Positions 1 through 5,867 of a DNA stretch of 17,248 bases are shown here, one piece after another (the first letter of the stretch is position 1; every line of letters starts with the position of its first letter). The stretch comes from Candidatus Dormiibacterota bacterium (lineage in GTDB: Bacteria > Chloroflexota > Dormibacteria > Dormibacterales > Dormibacteraceae), in the NCBI GenBank assembly GCA_043738605.1, contig JAYUFT010000118.1:1-17248 (forward strand). Direction: 5' to 3'. The position numbers and the translations under genes are program-made. A model generated the notes under the pieces. It saw nothing but the letters and a program-made list of their open reading frames with translations. It did not search any database and had not been told where the DNA came from.

Positions 1-576
1 AAGCCGCAGCTCGTCTTGCCGCTCGGCGCGGCCCTGCTGCTGACCCGACAGTGGCGCGTCCTCGCAGGCTGGGCGGTCGCAGGCGTGGCCCTGCTGGCAG
101 CTTCGGCGGCCCTCAACCCGCGCTGGGTGCTCGAATGGGTTCCCGCCCTGGGCGGCACCGTGCAGCTCGGCGCCCGCGAGGTCGACCTCGCGCACCTGGG
201 GACGGTGCTGCCGCGCGCTGACCAGGGTGGGGCGATCGTGGTCCTGTCCCTGGTCGCGCTTGCGGCCGTGCTATGGCTTGCCCGCCGGCGCAAGAATGAC
301 ATGAGGGCCGCAGCAGCCGTCCTGATCGCGGGCGGAGTCCTCGTGGCGCCGCATGCACTCCCCACCGACCTGGTGCTCGTTGCGTTCGCGCTAGCTGTTT
401 GGGGTGAGGCTCAGTGGCAGGACTGGCTCGTGCTTTCGGTAGGCGCGGCGATCGCTGCGGTCGTCCCGGCTCCATGGCCCACGGCCGTCGGCGTGCTGGT
501 CGTTGGCTGGCTGTGTCTGCGAGCCTCGGGGCTTATCGGGTGGCGGCGAGAACCGGCGCCGGCGTCTGCTGGATGA
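1..576 (+). CDS. Membrane protein, C-terminal part (partial; the ORF is open to the window start)
   Basis: The frame is open from nt 1 with no stop. GC3 is high throughout. The translation is dominated by hydrophobic helices ([33 protein letters not shown]). The stop lies at 574-576, and the gene overlaps the convergent clpP 3' end by ~44 nt. Confidence 0.5.
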   Translation, partial: KPQLVLPLGAALLLTRQWRVLAGWAVAGVALLAASAALNPRWVLEWVPALGGTVQLGAREVDLAHLGTVLPRADQGGAIVVLSLVALAAVLWLARRRKNDMRAAAAVLIAGGVLVAPHALPTDLVLVAFALAVWGEAQWQDWLVLSVGAAIAAVVPAPWPTAVGVLVVGWLCLRASGLIGWRREPAPASAG

Positions 577-1159
577 GACTGTCAATCAGGCCGTAGCTGA
601 TCGCCTCTTCCGGGCTCAAGAAGTAGTCGCGGTCGGTGTCTCGCTCGACTCGCTCGAGCGGCTGGCCCGTGTGCTTGACGATGAGGTCGTTGAGCACAAC
701 CTTGATGCGCAGGATCTCTCGCGCGTGGATGTCGAGGTCGCTGGCCTGGCCCTGCAGGCCCTTGCCACCGATGAGCGGCTGGTGCATGTGGATCGTCGCG
801 TTCGGCAGCGAGAATCGCCTGCCCTTCGCCCCCGCCATCAGGATCACGGTCCCGAAGCTGGCCGTGCGGCCGATGCAGACCGTCGAGACCGGCGAGCGAA
901 CGTACTGCATGGTGTCGTAGATGGCGAAGCCGGCGGTCACCGATCCGCCCGGCGAGTTGATGTAGATCTGGATCTCCTTCTCCGGGTCGTCAGCTGAGAG
1001 GTAGATCAGCTGCGCCACCACGAGGTTGGCGACGACATCGTCGATCGGACGGCTGATCAGGATGATCCGGTCCTTCAGCAGCCGCGAGTAGATGTCGAAG
1101 GAGCGCTCGCGGTTGCCACCCTCGTTTTCGGTGACGGTCGGGACAAAAGCCATCGCCAT
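533..1159 (-). CDS. clpP: ATP-dependent Clp protease proteolytic subunit ClpP
   Basis: The translation [41 protein letters not shown]...[19 protein letters not shown]...[14 protein letters not shown]...[10 protein letters not shown]...DTDRDYFLS carries the ClpP Ser (TASFG) / His (HMHQP) / Asp (DRD) triad context. The ORF track extends it to 1426, but the ClpP homology begins at the ATG at 1159 (aa 90 of the track ORF). A second ATG sits at 1153. Confidence 0.9.
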   Translation of the reverse strand: MAMAFVPTVTENEGGNRERSFDIYSRLLKDRIILISRPIDDVVANLVVAQLIYLSADDPEKEIQIYINSPGGSVTAGFAIYDTMQYVRSPVSTVCIGRTASFGTVILMAGAKGRRFSLPNATIHMHQPLIGGKGLQGQASDLDIHAREILRIKVVLNDLIVKHTGQPLERVERDTDRDYFLSPEEAISYGLIDSLIQQTPAPVLAATR

Positions 1160-1304
1160 GAGCTTACGAGATATATTCGGCCGGTTGGTACGCGCGGCCT
1201 TGGAGCAGCCTGCCGGAGGTGGTTGGCGAGAGATTCGTCGTCCAGGTGGTCCAGATCCTAGGCGCCGCCGCGCACCGGAACGGAATGTATTGAACATACA
1301 TGTA

Positions 1305-1808
1305 GTGAGGAGCACAGGCGGCAACAACGGAGATGGGCCGCATGGGCGGCGAAGATCCGTCAATCCATCCTTCGGCCGGCTGCTCTCGCCGAGCGACTTC
1401 TTCACCGGACTGCGCAAGGCCCTCAAAGCGCGGCTGCCACAGGAGCTTCGAGGCTACGAGACCAGCCGCGGGCATGGGCGGCTGTTCAAGCTCCATTACG
1501 GACACCCGGAGATTCATTACGAGGCCTGGCACCACACCGGGGCTGGGCGTTTCGAGGTCGGCCTCCACTTCGAAGGCTCCGCCGAGGCCAACCAGCGCGC
1601 GTTCGATTACTTTCGGAGCCGCATGGTAGAGGTGAAGGCACGCCTGCCTCGCGCTGAGCTCGAGCCCTGGGATCGCGGCTGGTCACGTTTGTATGAGACG
1701 CTGGCCGCGGCGCAACTCGACGAGGCGGTGCTCGATGACGCCGGCGATCGCTTGTGCGCTTATATCACGACACTCGAACCGCTGATGGTCCAGTTCCTGA
1801 GGAGATAG
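1305..1808 (+). CDS. Hypothetical protein with a His-rich segment ([14 protein letters not shown]); start uncertain
   Basis: This is frame 0 of track ORF 1092..1808. The stretch from 1092 to 1159 overlaps clpP and is unlikely to be coding. GC3 becomes high from ~1370. The only in-frame alternative start nearby is the GTG at 1305. The stop (TAG 1806-1808) lies 6 nt before the aminotransferase ATG, which suggests an operon. I recognise no family. Confidence 0.4.
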   Translation: MRSTGGNNGDGPHGRRRSVNPSFGRLLSPSDFFTGLRKALKARLPQELRGYETSRGHGRLFKLHYGHPEIHYEAWHHTGAGRFEVGLHFEGSAEANQRAFDYFRSRMVEVKARLPRAELEPWDRGWSRLYETLAAAQLDEAVLDDAGDRLCAYITTLEPLMVQFLRR

Positions 1809-1813
1809 AGCGA

Positions 1814-2956
1814 ATGGATCCACTCGAAGCGCGCAGCCTCATCCCGCTGACTGCGCACTACATCCACATGAACCACGCAGGTGTTTCGCCCATGACCGAG
1901 CGCAGCCGTGCGGCCATCGAGCAGGTCGTCGACGGCGCCCTGAACCGCCCTTACCCCGCCGGCGCTGCGTTCGACGAAGCCGATCGGGTGCGTGAGCTCG
2001 CGGCCCAGCTCCTCAATGGCTCGCCCGACGGAATCGCGCTGACTCGCAGCACCGCCCATGGCCTGTCGCTGGTAGCGCAGGGCCTGGACTGGAAGCGCGG
2101 AGACAACGTGGTGGGTGCGGAATGGGAGTACCCGGCCAATGTCTACCCGTGGATGGCGTTGGCCGCCGATGGCGTCGAGTTTCGCCAGGCGAAGCTGGTC
2201 GGCGGCAGAGTGCTGCCGGATGCCATCTTCTCCATGGTCGACGAGCGCACTCGCGTGGTGGCGATTTCCCACGTCGAGTTTTGGAATGGTTTTCGCGTCG
2301 ACATCGATGCCATCGGAGCCGAATGCCGGCGTCGAGGGATCGTGTTCGCGGTCGACGTGATGCAGAGCGTTGGCGCGCTGCGAATTGATGTCAGCCGCAT
2401 GCCCATCGACTTCTGCGCCGCGGGCGCCGGCAAATGGCTTCTCGGCCCGCCAGGCGTCGGCTTCTGCTACTTCACGCCGGAGCTGCTCGACAAGGTGCGG
2501 CCGCGAGTGGTGGGCGCTGTTTCGGTGACTGAGCACGACCAGTACTTCGATCCGAAGCTTGCATTTGCGCCGACGGCGCGCCGGTTCGAGGAGTCTGTGG
2601 TCTCGATGCTCGACACCGCCGCCTTGGGCTCGGCGCTTGACCTGCTCCTCGAGGTCGGCACCGAGGTGATCGAGGCGCGCGTCCTGGACCTTTCGGCTCG
2701 CCTGGCGGACGGCCTTGCAAACCGCGGCTATGAGATCGTGGAACCCTGGCCTCGTACCCGCGCAGAATCATCAGGGATCGTTTCGTTCCGGAAACCGGGA
2801 GCGACTCACCTGGAGGTGCTGCGCGATCTGAACGCGGCGCGGGTGATAGCGAGAACGCATCGCGATTTCGTGAGGCTGTCTCCTCATTTCTACAACACGG
2901 AAGATGAGATCGATAGAGTTCTGGAGGTGCTTGCACCGGAGACTGTGACGAGATGA
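1814..2956 (+). CDS. Class V aminotransferase-fold PLP-dependent enzyme (cysteine desulfurase / isopenicillin-N-epimerase-like)
   Basis: The 380-aa product shows the class-V hallmarks, including the PLP-lysine context ...DFCAAGAGKWLLGPPGVGFCYF. I prefer the ATG at 1814 (MDPLEARS), which is preceded by GAGGAGA 8 nt upstream, over the track start at 1754, which overlaps the upstream ORF. Confidence 0.85.
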   Translation: MDPLEARSLIPLTAHYIHMNHAGVSPMTERSRAAIEQVVDGALNRPYPAGAAFDEADRVRELAAQLLNGSPDGIALTRSTAHGLSLVAQGLDWKRGDNVVGAEWEYPANVYPWMALAADGVEFRQAKLVGGRVLPDAIFSMVDERTRVVAISHVEFWNGFRVDIDAIGAECRRRGIVFAVDVMQSVGALRIDVSRMPIDFCAAGAGKWLLGPPGVGFCYFTPELLDKVRPRVVGAVSVTEHDQYFDPKLAFAPTARRFEESVVSMLDTAALGSALDLLLEVGTEVIEARVLDLSARLADGLANRGYEIVEPWPRTRAESSGIVSFRKPGATHLEVLRDLNAARVIARTHRDFVRLSPHFYNTEDEIDRVLEVLAPETVTR

Positions 2957-3597
2957 GAACAGTAGAAGTTACCGACGCGCTTCAGGCCTATCTCGATGGG
3001 CTGCTGCCCAAGCGAGATCCGGTGCTGGCTCGGATGGAGGAGGAGGCCGAGCGCGAGGGCATCCCCATCGTCGAAGCGCACGAGGGTGCGTTTCTGAGCC
3101 TGCTGGTGCGGATCGCCGGCGCCAAGCGAATCCTTGAGCTGGGCACGGCCACGGGCTACAGCGGCATCTGGCTTCTTCGCGGCACCGACGGTGGGACGTT
3201 GACGAGCTTCGAGGTCGACGGCAAGCGTGCTGCACGAGCCCGCGCCAACTTTGCAGACGCGGGCCTGGCCAAGCAAGCGGACGTCGTCGAACAGGATGCA
3301 GTGAAGGGGCTCGAAAAGCTGCAGGGGCGTTTTGACGCGTGCTTCATCGACCTCCTCAACTCATTCTCTTCGGAGGATGTGACGCGGCGCGTGCTGGAGC
3401 TGTGCATCGAGCACCTGGACGGAGGGGCGCTGCTCATGGCCGACAACGCGCTGCGCCAGGGCGAGGTGGTGAAGGCGAAAACGCAGCAGGCGCGGAACGT
3501 TGCGTTCTACAACGAGCAGGTGGCCAAGCACGCGCGTCTCGAAAGCGTCGTGGTCCCGATCCGGGACGGCCTATCGATCGCGAGGGTCAGAGACTAG
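2953..3597 (+). CDS. Class I SAM-dependent O-methyltransferase (family-3 / caffeoyl-CoA OMT-like)
   Basis: It has the SAM motif I (ILELGTATGYSGIWL), an acidic CFIDL, and the LLMADNAL motif typical of the catechol/CCoA-OMT family (PF01596-like). The start ATGA overlaps the aminotransferase stop (2953-2956), so the two are translationally coupled. Confidence 0.85.
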   Translation: MRTVEVTDALQAYLDGLLPKRDPVLARMEEEAEREGIPIVEAHEGAFLSLLVRIAGAKRILELGTATGYSGIWLLRGTDGGTLTSFEVDGKRAARARANFADAGLAKQADVVEQDAVKGLEKLQGRFDACFIDLLNSFSSEDVTRRVLELCIEHLDGGALLMADNALRQGEVVKAKTQQARNVAFYNEQVAKHARLESVVVPIRDGLSIARVRD

Positions 3598-3608
3598 CCG
3601 GCGAACTG

Positions 3609-4220
3609 TTAACTCCGGTGGGTGGATGCCGCGAACTTCATTAACGGAATGATGTCGCCAACGTCGGCGGCTCTCAGAGCGTCGATATAGGCAGTGCGCA
3701 CGCTGCTTTTGGTTGCGAAGTCGGATGCTCCCCACGGAAATGGCTTGCCCCCGTGTTGGAGGCAGAGGAGATCGGCGGTCATACGCGCGTGACGACCATT
3801 ACCGTTTGGAAAAGGGTGGACACTGACCAATCTGTGGTGGAACCGGACGGCGATTTCTTCCAACGAAATGGACTGCTGAGTGAGCTGATAGAGAATGTCG
3901 TCGCACACCTTTTGGACCTCGACCGGTATTTCAGTCCACGGAACTCCAATCGTCTTGTCGGATCGCCGAAATTGGCCCGCCCACTTCCAAGTCCTGTCGA
4001 ACATCCGTTGATGTAGTCGCTGCAGGCCATCACGGCTGACTAATCGACGTTTCAGAAATCGACTGGACCGAGCCCAAAGCCAGGCGCGTCCGATGTTCAA
4101 CTGTTCGTATTCGTTCAGCTGAGCCTGCGTAAGTAGGTCGGGTATTAGTCCCTTGGCTTCGTCAGGATCAATTGGGGTGTCCCTATTCATGGCCGGTGCG
4201 GTCAATCCGCTTCTAGCCAT
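3609..4220 (-). CDS. Fic/Doc-family protein ('mobile mystery protein B'-like) with a variant Fic motif HPFPNGNGRHAR
   Basis: The 203-aa product carries a Fic core motif at aa 135-146 (nt 3783..3818) of the form HPFxxGNGRxxR, but with Asn where the canonical motif has D/E. Its start ATG lies inside the 3' end of the upstream HTH gene, in the +1 frame, with a 19-nt overlap. Local GC is ~53%, against ~68% in the flanks. Confidence 0.8.
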   Translation of the reverse strand: MARSGLTAPAMNRDTPIDPDEAKGLIPDLLTQAQLNEYEQLNIGRAWLWARSSRFLKRRLVSRDGLQRLHQRMFDRTWKWAGQFRRSDKTIGVPWTEIPVEVQKVCDDILYQLTQQSISLEEIAVRFHHRLVSVHPFPNGNGRHARMTADLLCLQHGGKPFPWGASDFATKSSVRTAYIDALRAADVGDIIPLMKFAASTHRS

Positions 4221-4675
4221 AAGTTCTTACCCCGCCGTTCTAGTTCAGCGGCTAGCTCATCAATAGCCCGGATTCGCTCTTCGGCATTCGTGGCTTGGGC
4301 CTCCAAAGCCATCGTTTGATCTACCTGGCCAATCAATCGGGATGCCTCGGCGCGTGCCCGCTCGCGGACGACCTCACCAAGCGGACGCGTTGGAATCAAG
4401 AGATAACCGAGTGAGCAGCCCAAAGCAGCAGCTGCACGTTCAAGACGTTTCAACGTGATGCCGCCCGCGGCTTCGTCGCGCTCCATGCGGGCGACTGCGG
4501 AACGACTTACTCCGAGGCGGCGGGCAAGTTCGGCAGCGGTCATTCCCAAAGCTGCCCGGATCTCGCGAATCCAGCCGCGTGACGGGCGGTGTAGCAGTAG
4601 GTCGCGCGGAAGCGCTTCGAGCATGCGGTCAAGTTGTCGGCGCCGTAATTCTCGTTCGGATCCTGAATTTAGCAC
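4202..4675 (-). CDS. XRE-type helix-turn-helix protein ('mobile mystery protein A'-like), partner of the Fic gene
   Basis: It has the HTH signature GMTAAELARRLGVSRSAVARMERDE...ITLKRLERAAAALGCSL, followed by a C-terminal helical/coiled region. It starts at the GTG at 4675; an alternative ATG is at 4624. It overlaps the Fic gene by 19 nt. GC is ~58%. Confidence 0.7.
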   Translation of the reverse strand: MLNSGSERELRRRQLDRMLEALPRDLLLHRPSRGWIREIRAALGMTAAELARRLGVSRSAVARMERDEAAGGITLKRLERAAAALGCSLGYLLIPTRPLGEVVRERARAEASRLIGQVDQTMALEAQATNAEERIRAIDELAAELERRGKNLWLEAD

Positions 4676-4785
4676 CGTCTAAGTATACCTATAGATCACA
4701 TATTTACGTAATGAAGAGACTTATAGGGCACATGAATATGCAGAAAAGTGGACCTATAAGATACCTAAAGGTCCAGGAAAGTGAC
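4676..4785 (-). promoter_or_regulatory. AT-rich (~35-40% GC) intergenic region upstream of the HTH/Fic pair; likely promoter/operator
   Basis: The region is sharply AT-rich relative to the window. It contains CCTATAAG-type repeats: ACCTATAG at 4687-4694, CTTATAGG at 4720-4727, and its exact reverse complement CCTATAAG at 4753-4760. There are several TATA-like hexamers. It lies between the moaX-like stop (4786) and the HTH start (4675). Confidence 0.35.
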
Positions 4786-5493
4786 TTAGCTGATGCCGGG
4801 ACTGGGCTCCGCCGAATCTCCTTCGATCCAGTACGTGCCGTCGGTGGCGTGCTCCTTCTTCCAGATCGGCACCGTCTCCTTGAGCCTATCGATGCCCCAC
4901 TTGCAGGCGGCGATCGCCTCTGCCCGATGCGGGCTCGACACCGAGACGACGACCGATGGCTCGCCGATCTCCAGGCGCCCTGTGCGGTGCGCCATCGCGA
5001 CCCGCGCTTCGGGCCACCTCTCCGCAATCTCGTCGGCGATCTTTCGCATCTGGGAGGTGGCCATCTCGGCGTAGGCCTCGTACTCGAGGTGAGTCACCGA
5101 GCGGCCGCGCGAGGAATCCCGGACCACGCCAGTGAAAGTGCAGATCGCGCCGGCGCCCTTGTGGGCGACGGCAGCCTCCATCCGGCGCGCGTCTAGCGGC
5201 CGCGAGGTGAGCTCAAACAGAATGCCCACGCCGTGCGCGCCTCCGCTTACGGGAGGGATAAAGGCGACCTCATCGCCGTCGGCGAGCACCGCGTCCCACC
5301 CGGCGAACTCCTGGTTTAACGCTGCGCGCACCGAGCCCCGGTCGGCCTGCAAGCCTGGATGCAGCCTCTGGATCGCTTCGTAGACGTCGGCAACTGTCGA
5401 TCCGGCCGGCAGTTCGACATTCTCGGCGTCGATGCCGGCCTGCTCGCGCAGCCGGGCGAAGAGTCGCGCGCGCACCGCGATCGCGACAGCCAT
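4786..5493 (-). CDS. Fused MoaD-MoaE molybdopterin synthase (MoaX-like)
   Basis: Residues 1-85 form a ThiS/MoaD-fold carrier ending ...AFIPPVSGG (GG at aa 84-85; codon ~5239-5241). Residues 86-235 are MoaE-like (AGAICTFTGVVRD...LEYEAY...HRTGRLEIGEPSVVVSVSSPHRAEA...VPIWKKEH). The start is the ATG at 5493. Confidence 0.85.
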   Translation of the reverse strand: MAVAIAVRARLFARLREQAGIDAENVELPAGSTVADVYEAIQRLHPGLQADRGSVRAALNQEFAGWDAVLADGDEVAFIPPVSGGAHGVGILFELTSRPLDARRMEAAVAHKGAGAICTFTGVVRDSSRGRSVTHLEYEAYAEMATSQMRKIADEIAERWPEARVAMAHRTGRLEIGEPSVVVSVSSPHRAEAIAACKWGIDRLKETVPIWKKEHATDGTYWIEGDSAEPSPGIS

Positions 5494-5503
5494 CGCATCA
5501 ATG

Positions 5504-5864
5504 TTACTTAGCGGCGAGCGGGGTACCTAGGAAGACGTGCACCTCTTTCCCTGAGTCCAGTGCCCGCTCCACCGTGTTCCGCGTGCCCTTCGACGCGCCA
5601 TCCCAGAACGCGACCAGGATGTCGCACGCGTCGATCAGGCGCTGGTTGCGGGCCGCGGACTTCTTGGGATCCGCCATCTCGTCGAACGAGGCTGGGATCA
5701 CCTGGACCGGGATGCCCTTGGCGCGAGCCGTCCTGGTGGCCGCGGCATCGACGCCACTCGCGGAGCCGGTGATGATCGAGGCGCCGTGCGGCAGCGAACC
5801 GACGTAGTCGCTGACTCGATCCGGCTCGGAGAAATGCCGGCTGCCGACGATGGCCACCTTCAAT
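5504..5864 (-). CDS. Small Rossmann-fold SLOG-superfamily protein (DUF2493/DprA-like)
   Basis: The translation ...KVAIVGSRHFSEPDRVSDYVGSLPHGASIITGSASGVDAAATRTARAKGIPVQVIPASFDEMADPKKSAARNQRLIDACDILVAFWDGASKGTRNTVERALDSGKEVHVF matches the GxR...GxxxGxDxxA...AFWDGxSxGT pattern I associate with DUF2493/SLOG proteins. The track ORF (to 6130) has an Arg/Cys/Ser-rich N-terminus overlapping the pckA 3' end that looks non-coding. The start is probably the TTG at 5864 or the GTG at 5857, just after the pckA stop (5868-5870). Confidence 0.45.
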
Positions 5865-5867
5865 GCG

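Noticed and set aside
503-997. 164-aa + strand ORF (and the 636..920 ORF) inside clpP
   Set aside because: It is antisense to a confidently identified ClpP. It is Arg/Ala/Val-rich with no recognisable domain. It is the typical long open frame on the opposite strand of a high-GC gene.
1160-1426. N-terminal 89-aa extension of the clpP track ORF, and a possible ClgR-like GCG-N5-GCG element in the clpP upstream region
   Set aside because: The extension ([10 protein letters not shown]...) has no ClpP homology and biased composition, so the real start is the ATG at 1159. The GCGCCGCCGCGC stretch is not a clean palindrome, and I cannot verify a ClgR box without a motif scan.
1760-2536. 258-aa - strand ORF plus several 60-100-aa ORFs antisense to the aminotransferase
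   Set aside because: It overlaps a clear class-V aminotransferase on the opposite strand. It has low-complexity His/Arg/Ala composition and no motifs.
3598-3660. Imperfect direct repeat CGAACTGTTAAC / CGAACTTCATTAAC at the left edge of the low-GC islet as a possible att site
   Set aside because: Both copies lie inside or adjacent to the Fic coding 3' end. I found no matching copy at the right boundary, so it is insufficient to call insertion-site duplication.
3753-4033. 87-aa + and 84-aa - ORFs nested in the Fic gene
   Set aside because: They lie within or antisense to the Fic coding frame, whose motif-bearing frame is unambiguous. No independent signals.
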